Source of the DNA: an uncultured Elusimicrobiaceae bacterium | Lineage (GTDB): Bacteria > Elusimicrobiota > Elusimicrobia > Elusimicrobiales > UBA9959 | Assembly: GCA_964622585.1 (NCBI GenBank) | Contig: CAZUQT010000004.1 | Location: 1-49,284, forward strand | Direction of reading: 5' to 3' | DNA: 49,284 bases | Shown: piece after piece, positions 9,272 to 18,429 of the stretch | Layout of the letters: each line of letters starts with the position of its first letter | Numbering within the stretch: the first letter of the stretch is position 1 | Notes under the pieces: generated by a model | The model's database searches: none | The model's input: the letters and a program-made list of their open reading frames with translations, nothing else | What the model was told of the DNA's origin: nothing | Program-made: the position numbers and the translations under genes

Positions 9272-9316
9272 CGGTTAGAAACCCTTCGGGACTTCAGGCG
9301 GTTTTTGCTCTATACT
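9256..9316 (+). promoter_or_regulatory. Promoter cassette A, copy 2 (-10 TATACT at 9311)
   Basis: 59-bp identity to 5723-5781, followed by the same GGTGTTATGAGGACAAAAAC start context. Confidence 0.75.
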
Positions 9317-9349
9317 AATTGTAACGGAACAGTTATTCGAGGCGGTGTT

Positions 9350-9403
9350 ATGAGGACAAAAACTGCGCCGTTCGTTACAGGGCTTGCCGTGCTGGCTTAT
9401 TGA
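9350..9403 (+). pseudogene. Truncated start of an MRTKT-leader gene (17 codons, then stop)
   Basis: MRTKTAPFVTGLAVLAY*; same start context as the 5819 gene. Confidence 0.55.
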
Positions 9404-9745
9404 GGCCGGCGCCCAAGGTCCGGAGCAGGTGAGCGCAGTCCTCAGGAACGCCGCTATTTCGCTTGATGGCCTGGGTCCCGAGTTTCAGGGAGCGGGGTTT
9501 ATTATCGCGAGCAGAATAGAAGGTATATATGTTTCCACCGCTTCCGGCATTGTAGATACTATCTAGCAGGGTGTCCCATGAGGAATTATGGCGACAGCTT
9601 ACCGGAATTGGATATCGGTTTAAATTTAAATAAAGCGCGTAGCCTTAAATAAGGGGCGAGTCGCGGTCCCTTGTTTTTACTATCCGGCGGCTATAATAAT
9701 GAATTGCGGGGACGGACTGGGGAATTAAAAGACAGGAGCAATAAA

Positions 9746-10312
9746 ATGAAAAAGAGCATGATCGTTGCGCTCGCAGCGCTTGTAGTGGCGGCCGGAGCGG
9801 CCGCCGCTAAAGAAGTCAAAACCGGCAAGAGGGACTGCGCGGGTCGCCCGGAGCACGGACAGGCCGGCGCGAAGAAATGCGCCAATAAGATGTGCCCCGA
9901 AGCGATGGATGGGGTGGAGACCGCCGCCAGGAACACCCCCGACGGTATCGAGATAACGATGACCGCCAGGAACGCGGAAACGATCTCCAAGCTCCAGGAA
10001 CTCACCCTGGTCCATTACACCAGCAAGGAAACAATGGAAAAGGACTGCCCCTCGCGCGTGGAAGGCGCCGTGGCCAGGATAGAGAACACCTCCACCGGGG
10101 TTAAAGTCTATATCACAGGCAAAACCCTTGCGCACATAAAGAAGATACAGGCCGCCGCCGCCAAGGACCACTCCAAGGCCGGCTGCCCCGAGGAACACGG
10201 CAAAAAAGAGGCCAAAGCCTCCAAGAAGTACGCCTGCCCCATGAAATGCGCCGAGTCCGATAAGCCGGGCAAGTGCCAGAAATGCGGAATGAACATGACG
10301 GTGAAGAAGTAA
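9746..10312 (+). CDS. Secreted protein with a duplicated domain and a C-terminal heavy-metal-binding (YxCPM...CxxCGM) motif
   Basis: AGGAG RBS before ATG 9746, signal peptide, two CP..G..I....G repeats, C-terminal YACPMKCAESDKPGKCQKCGM. Confidence 0.8.
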   Translation: MKKSMIVALAALVVAAGAAAAKEVKTGKRDCAGRPEHGQAGAKKCANKMCPEAMDGVETAARNTPDGIEITMTARNAETISKLQELTLVHYTSKETMEKDCPSRVEGAVARIENTSTGVKVYITGKTLAHIKKIQAAAAKDHSKAGCPEEHGKKEAKASKKYACPMKCAESDKPGKCQKCGMNMTVKK

Positions 10313-10385
10313 ATATTCTCCGTATCAGTTTAATTCGGAAGTGAAGAAGGGCCCTTGCTGGCTGTTTTGCGGGTGCGTTCTCCTA

Positions 10386-10537
10386 TACACGCCCCCACAG
10401 CGCCATCCCGTCCGAACTTAAGGGACGCGGTTGGTGATTCACCCACCAGCGCAATGAAGGGGCTAAAATCGTCAGTTGGCGCTATAGATGTGGGCTTGCA
10501 GGAAGCACTGAGCCCGGACTACGTCTTAGTGCCGTGA
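10386..10537 (+). pseudogene. Degenerate remnant of a DLRDAVAD-leader gene
   Basis: tacacgcccccac...ccgtccgaacttaagggacgcggttggtgat aligns, with indels, to the YTPPHNATPSDLRDAVAD coding sequence of the 5819 gene. Confidence 0.65.
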
Positions 10538-10689
10538 ACGCTTGATAATGCGGTTCCGATAATTGTGTCGAGCCGTGCCGAAGTAAAAGCGGACACTTTG
10601 CCCTCTGTAAAAGCAATGTATGTGTTCAAGACGCCGGTTGTCAGCGTGTAAAACGGGAACCAGGGTCGCAAGATGGTACAATAGGACGT

Positions 10690-11538
10690 ATGATGGGAAC
10701 GGGTTTTTCGAAACAGCTCATTAAGGCGCGTTCAGCAGCGGGGTTCGACACGGCCTACAAATTCTACCACCGTAACGGCGGCCGACGGCATTTTAAATTC
10801 ACCTTTGTTCACTACAGCCGTATAGAGCGCGGGGTTTCACTGCCGCGCGCCGAAGGGTTGCAGGGAATTCTTTTGGCTTTGCGTTTTCTGCCCACCGAAG
10901 CCGGGGCGAGGGAACTGCTTGTTTCATACCTTCGAAGCGCATTGGGTGGCGGCCCCGCAGCGGATTACATATTGAACCCGCTTTTCAGCGGAGGCGGTAA
11001 TATTGCCAGTTCCGCAGGTCCCATGGACTGGATAAAAGCCCACAATTCCGTGCACCTTTCTCCTGACGAGTTTTCCGCCATAGCGGCCAGCGAAACAGCC
11101 TACTGGTGCGCGGAAGCCCTCTGCAACGATTCCGGGGCGTGGAGACCGGAGGAGCTGGCCGGGAAACTCAATCTGGAAGCCAAAGCGGTAAAAACCGCCT
11201 TAGAGAAATTGAAAAAAGCCGGGATAGCCGTTAAGAGCGCCGGCGGCAAATACAAATGCCGCTATCAGGGGAAATTTTTCACCTACCCGGGCCGCCTTGA
11301 AGGCATGGATAGATCACTCGCCGCGGTAAAGTCATACTGGGATAAAGCCGGGGTGAACGGCAGGATCTTTTTCGAGCGTGTAGAACTCATCCGCGCGGAG
11401 GAAGGCGCCGTTTCCAACTACCGCCTGCAGCTGGCCCAGGCTATGGATGGGGCCAACGCCTACGCCACCCACTCCGGCGGGGACACCTCCGGTTTCTTCC
11501 TGATAGAGACACGTATAAAAAAGATACGGAAATTCTGA
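10690..11538 (+). CDS. Transcriptional regulator with an N-terminal XRE-like HTH and a second winged HTH
   Basis: FSKQLIKARSAAGF...HYSRIERGVSLP (XRE-like) and PEELAGKLNLEAKAVKTALEKLKKAGI (wHTH-like). Confidence 0.75.
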   Translation: MMGTGFSKQLIKARSAAGFDTAYKFYHRNGGRRHFKFTFVHYSRIERGVSLPRAEGLQGILLALRFLPTEAGARELLVSYLRSALGGGPAADYILNPLFSGGGNIASSAGPMDWIKAHNSVHLSPDEFSAIAASETAYWCAEALCNDSGAWRPEELAGKLNLEAKAVKTALEKLKKAGIAVKSAGGKYKCRYQGKFFTYPGRLEGMDRSLAAVKSYWDKAGVNGRIFFERVELIRAEEGAVSNYRLQLAQAMDGANAYATHSGGDTSGFFLIETRIKKIRKF

Positions 11539-11550
11539 TCAGCAGTCTGC

Positions 11551-11675
11551 TGGTAACGGTTCCTGTTACTAGAACGCCGCAGGTCATAAAGCGTCCGTTC
11601 TAGGTCAAAAAAATCCAATTTTCTTCCCCACAGCCTCATGCGGCGGCCGACAGGCCGCGCTATACTATACCTGTA
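11551..11675 (+). promoter_or_regulatory. Promoter cassette B, copy 2
   Basis: GTAAC-N7-GTTAC palindrome, CTAGAACG/CGTTCTAG inverted pair, -10 TATACT at 11661; collinear with 8300-8424. Confidence 0.65.
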
Positions 11676-11716
11676 AGCTGAATAAAGTCAACCAGATATT
11701 TAAGGAGAAAAATAAT

Positions 11717-12226
11717 ATGAAAAGCGCCAAGTCGAGGTTTCGTGCCGTAGTTTCAGGTTTTATTCTATTAATAGGTCCGGGTGTTGCTTTTGCCGATAGC
11801 GCAACGCTTGACCAATTATATGGAGCGGCCGATAATCCATCCGGCATTTATGACGGTGCTGTTGCCCGCGGCGGCTCGCCGGTAGTTGTTACAGGGAACC
11901 CGCTAACCGATACCGCTTCTCCCGTATCGGAAGCTTCAGCCGTAACATCAGCGCCTTCAGCGGTAATCCCGCTTACGCGGGCAAAGGATATTAAAGGAAG
12001 AGTTCCCGGGCTCAAGGCCGGAGAGAAGAGCGCGGAGGGAGCCGCAGTCGGCGCCGCAGGTGGATTTATGGGCGGTTTTTTGCTCATGATGAGTCCAGCC
12101 ATAGCGCTCGGCAGCATAATTCCTGTCGCAGGTAAATTACTGGGAGCGGTCCTGTTTGTGCCCGCCGTAGTGGTTGGCGTGGTTACGGCGCTTATCGGTG
12201 CTGTAGTCGGGGCGCTTATCCAATAA
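11717..12226 (+). CDS. Secreted/membrane protein with a C-terminal glycine-zipper-like hydrophobic region
   Basis: AAGGAG RBS, signal peptide (AFA), GAAVGAAGGFMGG and hydrophobic C-terminal helices. Confidence 0.7.
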   Translation: MKSAKSRFRAVVSGFILLIGPGVAFADSATLDQLYGAADNPSGIYDGAVARGGSPVVVTGNPLTDTASPVSEASAVTSAPSAVIPLTRAKDIKGRVPGLKAGEKSAEGAAVGAAGGFMGGFLLMMSPAIALGSIIPVAGKLLGAVLFVPAVVVGVVTALIGAVVGALIQ

Positions 12227-12292
12227 AGCGCGGGCCTGCAAGTGGCGTGGGGGGCCTAGTAGCTGTAGATGTCCACTAAGGAGGCGGAATAA

Positions 12293-12970
12293 ATGAGACA
12301 ACTGATCCTAACGGCAGGTCTGATAGCAATGTGGCTCGTAGTAGTTCACGCTGAGAGCGGCGCGGCGCAAGGATACGAAACACTCAGAGATATTCATGGA
12401 GCGAGGCAAGCCGGTAAACTGAACCCGGCATTCCTTGGCGACTGGAAGGGACCCTCTCCAGCCGGCGCGGCGCCGGTCTCAGCCGTGCCTGGCTGCCCCG
12501 GTATAGATGACATAAAGTCCGAGTGGGTAGAGCACACGGACCCGGATGGCATCCCAGTCCGGATCAAGGAGCATCTAAATTCGCGGCTGGTTCAGTTCAG
12601 TCCGATTTTACTGTCAATACACCGCGTCCCCTACTATTTAGGGGTGTCACGCCGCGGAGACCTTCTTGCGCAGGCGGATCTGGAACCAGGCTGCCGGGTA
12701 ACCGGCACGGTGGCTTATTATGTAATCGGGGAGGAGGGAAATCCTGAAATCAACTTCGATCTCCTCATGTCCGATCCGGGTCGGGAAGAGACTTTGGCTG
12801 CACGTTTGGCCGAACTGCGCTGGTTCGATCTTAAAGACGGCCGGCGTCATCGCTGGTACAATCTAAAACTCGCCGCAAGCCGCGGGTGGCTCGTGGACGA
12901 GTATGGCCGCCCCACTCCGGACTATAGGCCGATAGAGACATTTACCAACGGGATTAATGAGTTGTATTAG
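12293..12970 (+). CDS. Secreted hypothetical protein
   Basis: AAGGAGG RBS and signal peptide (VHA). The 3' end runs into the 48-bp repeat. Confidence 0.7.
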   Translation: MRQLILTAGLIAMWLVVVHAESGAAQGYETLRDIHGARQAGKLNPAFLGDWKGPSPAGAAPVSAVPGCPGIDDIKSEWVEHTDPDGIPVRIKEHLNSRLVQFSPILLSIHRVPYYLGVSRRGDLLAQADLEPGCRVTGTVAYYVIGEEGNPEINFDLLMSDPGREETLAARLAELRWFDLKDGRRHRWYNLKLAASRGWLVDEYGRPTPDYRPIETFTNGINELY

Positions 12971-12974
12971 GGAA
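12927..12974. repeat. 48-bp dispersed repeat, copy 2
   Basis: ggccgatagagacatttaccaacgggattaatgagttgtattagggaa; same orientation as 8960-9007. Confidence 0.85.
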
Positions 12975-12978
12975 CATT

Positions 12979-13047
12979 TTCCCGAAGGTGATTCAAAGCG
13001 GGAAGGCTCTTGCGAAAGCGGAGGAGATCCTCAGGAACCGGTCGTGA
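12979..13047 (+). pseudogene. 3' remnant of a paralog of the 14838 response regulator
   Basis: FPKVIQSGKALAKAEEILRNRS* versus FPKMISPERVIEKAQEVLRDRR*, with the same TGAcATG junction to the next gene. Confidence 0.7.
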
Positions 13048-13048
13048 C

Positions 13049-13408
13049 ATGCGCATACTTATAGCTGAAGGCGATGAGTTTCTACGGGAGCTTCTGGCGG
13101 ACTTCCTGTCAGAACTCGGACATAAAACTATAGGCGCGGAAAACGGCAGGGAGCTTGTTAAACTGGCTTTATCAGAGCGGCCGGAACTTGTAATAGCCGA
13201 TCTGTATATGCCGGAGATGGCGGGTGGTTCCATGATAGCCATGCTTGATATCTATCAGGATCTGGCGGGCATCCCTATAATACTGATCACGGGTGCTACT
13301 CCACTGGAACTTTCCAATATTGGAATTCCAAAAGAGATTCCGATTTTGCCGAAGCCGTTTGATTTCGCAAAGGTTGTTGCGGTGGTTGACCGCGTGACGC
13401 GCCGCTAA
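13049..13408 (+). CDS. Single-domain response regulator (paralog of 15232)
   Basis: MRILIAEGDE...VIADLYMPEM...ITG...KPF receiver motifs. Confidence 0.88.
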   Translation: MRILIAEGDEFLRELLADFLSELGHKTIGAENGRELVKLALSERPELVIADLYMPEMAGGSMIAMLDIYQDLAGIPIILITGATPLELSNIGIPKEIPILPKPFDFAKVVAVVDRVTRR

Positions 13409-13415
13409 GGTCCTG

Positions 13416-14834
13416 ATGAATACATCTTTTCGCTTGAATTTCATAGCATTTTCCGTTTTGTTGCTGCCGGTCCTGGCTTTTAGTGTCTGCCTGTGGGCGT
13501 TCAACAGCAGTTTACCCGATGCCCTGTTTGCAGCCGTAGTTTCAACCGCTCTTGCAGCTTTTTTTGCGGCCAGGGCCATACTGTCCGGCCTGGCCCGGCC
13601 TGTGGTAAAGGCGTCTTCGGTCGTAAAAGGTTTTATAGCCGCCGATTACCGGCTTGAGTCTGTTATTAAGAAAGAGGGCTGGCCCGAGGCCGGGAGCCTT
13701 ATTTCCGGCCTTAACAGGCTGATGCTTGAATTGAGCGCTTACCGTGCCTTCCACCTTAACCAGGTGGTGGAGGACCGCGCCAAGGCCCAGGCGCTGATAG
13801 AAACAATAACCGACGGCGTCCTGCTTCTGGACGACCGCGGGCAGCTTATTTATTCCAACAGGAAAGCTCTTAACCTGCTTTGTATCCCGGAACAGGAACC
13901 CGGCATTTCGCTGCCTGGGTCCGTGCGGCAGGAAGCCTTTTTAGCGGTCTTAACACGGATTATGTCATCGGAGGAAAACAACCTGAAGGCCGAAGTCGAC
14001 GTCCCGGTTCCAAGCGAGCCTTTCCTGAGCGGACGATTGGAGGCAAACCTGGAGCCCGCGGTTAAAAGTTTCCGCATCACTTCACGGCACTTCCAGCTGG
14101 CGACGCTTAAACGTCCGGGCCGCGTTATAGTCCTGCGCGATGTTACCATGGAAAAGGAAATTGAGAGCGCGCGTGAAACGCTTTTTAATATGATAACCCA
14201 CGATATGCGGGCGCCGCTTACAAGCATACAGGGCTACGCGCAGATCATAAAAAAAACCGTTCCCCTGGCCCCCGCTACGGAGAAGTGCCTGGATGTAATA
14301 TTACGCTCTTCCACCCGGCTGAATGGCATGATAGAGGACATTCTCAACACTATAAAGCTTGAGCACGGCGAGATGAAGCTGAATCCTGTAGCTGTTAACG
14401 CGGGGGATCTGTGCGCGCGTGTGTTCGAAGTTCACGAACCACTGGCCGCGCGGAAGAATATAAAACTTTCCTTTGTCCCTCCGCCTGAAAAGATAGAGTT
14501 CTGCGGCGATATGGCTTTGCTGGAGCGGGTAATAAGCAACCTTGTCGGCAATTCGCTGAAATTCACCGCGCCCGGCGGAACCGTGACCATTTCCTGCCGC
14601 CGGGATGCGGGCGTGGCGAGATTCTCCGTCGAGGATAACGGGCCTGGTATCCCGAAAGAGAAGCACGCTGAAATTTTTAAAAAATACGCCCAGCAGGAAG
14701 AACATAAATTTATGGGTTTCGGCCTCGGACTTGCCATGTGCAAGCTGGCGGTGGAACTGCATGAAGGGTGCATCTGGGTAGAATCGGAAGAGGGGAAAGG
14801 AAGCAAATTCGCCTTTTCCATCCCGGCAAAATAA
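13416..14834 (+). CDS. Sensor histidine kinase (2 TM, HAMP-like, PAS, HisKA, HATPase)
   Basis: H-box THDMRAPL, N-box NLVGNSLKF, DNGPGI and GFGLGL. Confidence 0.92.
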   Translation: MNTSFRLNFIAFSVLLLPVLAFSVCLWAFNSSLPDALFAAVVSTALAAFFAARAILSGLARPVVKASSVVKGFIAADYRLESVIKKEGWPEAGSLISGLNRLMLELSAYRAFHLNQVVEDRAKAQALIETITDGVLLLDDRGQLIYSNRKALNLLCIPEQEPGISLPGSVRQEAFLAVLTRIMSSEENNLKAEVDVPVPSEPFLSGRLEANLEPAVKSFRITSRHFQLATLKRPGRVIVLRDVTMEKEIESARETLFNMITHDMRAPLTSIQGYAQIIKKTVPLAPATEKCLDVILRSSTRLNGMIEDILNTIKLEHGEMKLNPVAVNAGDLCARVFEVHEPLAARKNIKLSFVPPPEKIEFCGDMALLERVISNLVGNSLKFTAPGGTVTISCRRDAGVARFSVEDNGPGIPKEKHAEIFKKYAQQEEHKFMGFGLGLAMCKLAVELHEGCIWVESEEGKGSKFAFSIPAK

Positions 14835-14837
14835 CCT

Positions 14838-15230
14838 ATGGCTAAAATACTTATCGTCGACGACGAGCCCGCTATAAGAGAACTGTTTAAATATGTTTTC
14901 GAGGACGCGGGGCACGAGGTGGCGCTGGCGAATAACGGCCTGGAGGCGCTTGACGCGCTTCAGGGCGGCGTCCCGGATTTTATGGTTCTGGACGTCTCAA
15001 TGCCGGAAATGACCGGGACGCAGATGGTCGTGGAGCTCGGCCGCCGCGCGGCGCGGGACCCGCGGCTGAACAATATCCCATTTGTCGTAATGACCGGAGA
15101 AAATTTCATGGAGTCGGAATTGAACAAAGTTTTTTCCGGGGCCCCGGGTTTTGTCTGCTTTTTTCCGAAGATGATATCACCCGAGAGAGTAATTGAGAAA
15201 GCGCAAGAGGTTCTCAGGGACCGGCGGTGA
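14838..15230 (+). CDS. Single-domain response regulator
   Basis: KILIVDDE...VLDVSMPEM...MTG...PK. Confidence 0.9.
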   Translation: MAKILIVDDEPAIRELFKYVFEDAGHEVALANNGLEALDALQGGVPDFMVLDVSMPEMTGTQMVVELGRRAARDPRLNNIPFVVMTGENFMESELNKVFSGAPGFVCFFPKMISPERVIEKAQEVLRDRR

Positions 15231-15231
15231 C

Positions 15232-15597
15232 ATGCACATACTTATAGCTGAAGACGATGAGCTTTTAAGGGCGCTTCTGACGGACTTTCTGTCTGAACTG
15301 GCACACGAGGTTAAGAGCGCCGAAAACGGCGCGGAGCTGGTTAAACTGGCTTTAGCCGGGCGGCCTGACCTGGTGATAACCGACCTTCATATGCCTGAGA
15401 TGGCGGGGGGGTCTATGATCGCCATGCTGGATATGTATCCGGAGCTTGCGGGGATCCCCCTTATAATAATTACCGGCGCAACGGCGGCGGAGCTTCGTGA
15501 TATGGGAATTCCGAAGGAGATCCCCGTTTTGCCGAAACCCTTTGATTTCGCCCGGATAGCCGCGGCGGTTGACCGCGCGGCACTCCGGGAGAAATAG
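15232..15597 (+). CDS. Single-domain response regulator
   Basis: MHILIAEDD...ITDLHMPEM...ITG...KPF. Confidence 0.9.
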   Translation: MHILIAEDDELLRALLTDFLSELAHEVKSAENGAELVKLALAGRPDLVITDLHMPEMAGGSMIAMLDMYPELAGIPLIIITGATAAELRDMGIPKEIPVLPKPFDFARIAAAVDRAALREK

Positions 15598-15716
15598 ACA
15601 GCCACCTATTCACGCTTTGCTCGTTGACAAAGACCGGCTGCGGGTTATGTAAATTTTCCTCTTTTCGTTATTTCTTCGGGATTCAGGGCTATATAGTGCA
15701 TAGACTATATATACCT

Positions 15717-17444
15717 ATGATGCTCAGGAGCGGGCTATCTTTACGCAGTTGGACGATAACACAGGCGGCTTGTGCGGTTCTTGCGTTTTATCCCTGCGCT
15801 TTTGCCGGAGACGCGGGTTCCTCCGCCGCCTCTTTCCTTAAATTCTCTCCCAGCCCGCGCGGCGCCGGCATGGGGGAGGCGTATACCTCCATCACCGAAG
15901 ACGCCTACTCCGCTTGGTGGAACCCGGCCGGGCTTGGCAGTGTGGAGAGCCCGGAGCTTGCCGCCACCTATAACGACTCCATGGAAGACGTGACGACCCA
16001 GTATTTGTCCGTGGCTTATCCAATACGTTATGGTTCCACCCTTGATTTTAACATTACCCGGCTCAGCGTCCCTCCTTTCCAAGGCTATGACGCGCAGGGC
16101 ACGAAGAGCGCCAAGGTGGAATCCTCTGATATCGCGGTGGGGGGGGCATATGGCAGGGTTCTCCTTAAAGACGAAATTGAGCGGCCGTTGCTGAACGTGG
16201 GAGCGGGGCTTAAGGTTATAAGCGAGAAACTGCATAGAGCCTCCGCAAACACGGCCGCGCTGGACCTGGGCGCTGTTTATTACATAAGGCCGGCCAATTA
16301 CTGGATGAGCAAGGCGCCGGCGCAGGAATTCCGCGTGGCCGTGGCGGTAAGGAATATCGGGCCGGGGTTGAAGTTCGACCGGCGCTCATCCCCTTTGCCC
16401 ACGTCCGCCACGCTGGGCGGCTCCTGGCATTCCCACCCCGGCGGCAGCGCCAGTCTGATTCTGAGCCTGGACCAGACCTATGCGAACGATGAAAAATATT
16501 ACGCAGCGTTCGGCGCCGAATATGTGGCCTTCCAATTACTCTCTCTCAGGGCCGGCTACCGCACCGGCCAGGCTATAGGCAGCGGCCTGCGCATAGGCGT
16601 GGGTTTCCGGCTTTCTCTCATGGACATAGATTATTCCATGTCCCCTTATGGGGAACTGGGTGCCATGCACAAGTTGGGTGTTTCCATGCGGCTTGGTCCG
16701 CCTGTGGCTAAACAACCGCTTGCGGGCAGGACCCAGCGGGTGGAGAAGGCTAAATTGATGGCCAGGAAAGAAAAGATAGAAAAGCTGGATATATTCGCTA
16801 ATGACTTCCTGGAACTGGCCCGCAAAGACCTGGCCGCGCGCAGGTATGTTTCCGCGGATGGCAACATCAACAAAGCCTTCAACCTGGAGCCGGGACTTAA
16901 AGAGGGAGACTGGGGCCGCAGGCAGAAGCGCTTGGCCGCGGTGATAACCGGGCTTAAGCTGGCGGACATCCAGGCCAGGGAACAGCTGCTTTCAAAAGAC
17001 ACCGAACAGTCAAATACCGGGGCTGAGGCTATAAACGCCTATGTGGAGGGTAAGGACCTTAAAGCTTTCCTGCTTACGCACGCGGCGCTGGGCTCGAATA
17101 TGCGCGGTGACGCCATGTTCGAGGAGCTGCTTTACATAATGAGTGACCTTGTTAAGATCCATGTCCGCCGCGACGAGATCCTGCCGAGGGAAGCTCTTAT
17201 TAAGGAAAAGCTCAGGAAAGCCGCGAAAGGTTTTTATATACGGCAGTTCGATACTGCCGCCAAGGAATGCGAGGAAGTGTCCGTATTGGACGAAGAGAGC
17301 CCTGTGGCCTGGACAAGGTTGGGCTCCGCCTACTTTATGCTTGGTGACAGGGAAAAAGCTAGAAAGGCCTATCAGAGAGCGCTGGCTCTCAATCCAGGCG
17401 ATCAGATTACGATGAAATTTATGGAAGCGCAGGGCTGGAAATAA
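15717..17444 (+). CDS. PorV/PorQ-family outer-membrane beta-barrel fused to a C-terminal TPR region (start approximate)
   Basis: FLKFSPSPRGAGMGEAY...WNPAGL (PorV/FadL-like N-terminus), amphipathic strands ending DYSMSPYGELGAMHKLGVSMR, TPR AWTRLGSAYFMLG...YQRALALNP. Confidence 0.85.
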   Translation: MMLRSGLSLRSWTITQAACAVLAFYPCAFAGDAGSSAASFLKFSPSPRGAGMGEAYTSITEDAYSAWWNPAGLGSVESPELAATYNDSMEDVTTQYLSVAYPIRYGSTLDFNITRLSVPPFQGYDAQGTKSAKVESSDIAVGGAYGRVLLKDEIERPLLNVGAGLKVISEKLHRASANTAALDLGAVYYIRPANYWMSKAPAQEFRVAVAVRNIGPGLKFDRRSSPLPTSATLGGSWHSHPGGSASLILSLDQTYANDEKYYAAFGAEYVAFQLLSLRAGYRTGQAIGSGLRIGVGFRLSLMDIDYSMSPYGELGAMHKLGVSMRLGPPVAKQPLAGRTQRVEKAKLMARKEKIEKLDIFANDFLELARKDLAARRYVSADGNINKAFNLEPGLKEGDWGRRQKRLAAVITGLKLADIQAREQLLSKDTEQSNTGAEAINAYVEGKDLKAFLLTHAALGSNMRGDAMFEELLYIMSDLVKIHVRRDEILPREALIKEKLRKAAKGFYIRQFDTAAKECEEVSVLDEESPVAWTRLGSAYFMLGDREKARKAYQRALALNPGDQITMKFMEAQGWK

Positions 17445-17453
17445 GGAGGGACC

Positions 17454-18395
17454 ATGGAAATTTTGATAATAGCCCTTATTCCCCTGTCCCTGTTGCTCCT
17501 TGGCGCCGGGTTCCTTGTGGTGGCACAGGTTTCCGGTTTCATGCAGTCCGTGTTCTTTAACAGCCGGCAGAATTTCTCCAATATGGTCATACAACAGTAC
17601 ATGGAACGCATTGCGCTGGCGCAGGGGCAGCTTTACCAGAGAAAGCAGGAACTAGAAGGAATGTCCGTAGAACTTTCTTTGTCCAATCAGGAGCTGGGCC
17701 GTCTGAACGATATGAAATCCAAATTCCTCTCCATGGTGGTACACGATGTGCGCACGCCGCTGGCCTCAATACGGGGCTTCAGCGAGCTGCTGCTAAAGAA
17801 GAACGTGGGCGAAAAGGAAGCGGCGTACCTTAAGAACATCGTTAATTCCACGAACCAGCTCGGGCGCCTTATAGCTGATCTGACGGACCTGGCCATGATA
17901 GAGGCCGGGAAATTGAAAATGGAGAAGGCCGTTTTTAATTTTCCCGAGGTGGCTAAAGATATTCTGCCCGGCCTTTCTATAAACGCCCAGATAAAAGGAG
18001 TGGAACTAATAGTGCATGATTACCCTGAGGGAACGAGCGTGGATGGGGATAAGTTCCGGCTTTCGCAGGTACTGATGAACCTGGTGAACAACGCTATTAA
18101 GTTCACCCCCGCCGGGAAAAAAGTGGAGATATCCTTCAGGAAGGAAGGCAGATCGATTGACACCCTTGTAAGGGATTCCGGCATAGGAATACACCCGAGT
18201 GAAACGAAAAGGATCTTTGAAAAGTTTTACCAGGCTAAGTACCAGAAAGACGAAAAACTGCGCAAACAGGGCTGGGGTCTGGGGCTTTCCATAGCGCAGG
18301 AGATAGTGCGCGCGCATAATGGTGACATCGGCGCGACCAGCACCGGGCTGGGGAAGGGCTCAACTTTCTGGTTTAAAATACCGGTCAGCGCTTGA
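17454..18395 (+). CDS. Membrane-anchored histidine kinase (1 TM, HisKA, HATPase)
   Basis: VHDVRTPL, NLVNNAIKF, DSGIGI and GWGLGL. Confidence 0.92.
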   Translation: MEILIIALIPLSLLLLGAGFLVVAQVSGFMQSVFFNSRQNFSNMVIQQYMERIALAQGQLYQRKQELEGMSVELSLSNQELGRLNDMKSKFLSMVVHDVRTPLASIRGFSELLLKKNVGEKEAAYLKNIVNSTNQLGRLIADLTDLAMIEAGKLKMEKAVFNFPEVAKDILPGLSINAQIKGVELIVHDYPEGTSVDGDKFRLSQVLMNLVNNAIKFTPAGKKVEISFRKEGRSIDTLVRDSGIGIHPSETKRIFEKFYQAKYQKDEKLRKQGWGLGLSIAQEIVRAHNGDIGATSTGLGKGSTFWFKIPVSA

Positions 18396-18429
18396 AGCAC
18401 GGTAGAAGACTTGGATTCGGAGGAATGTA

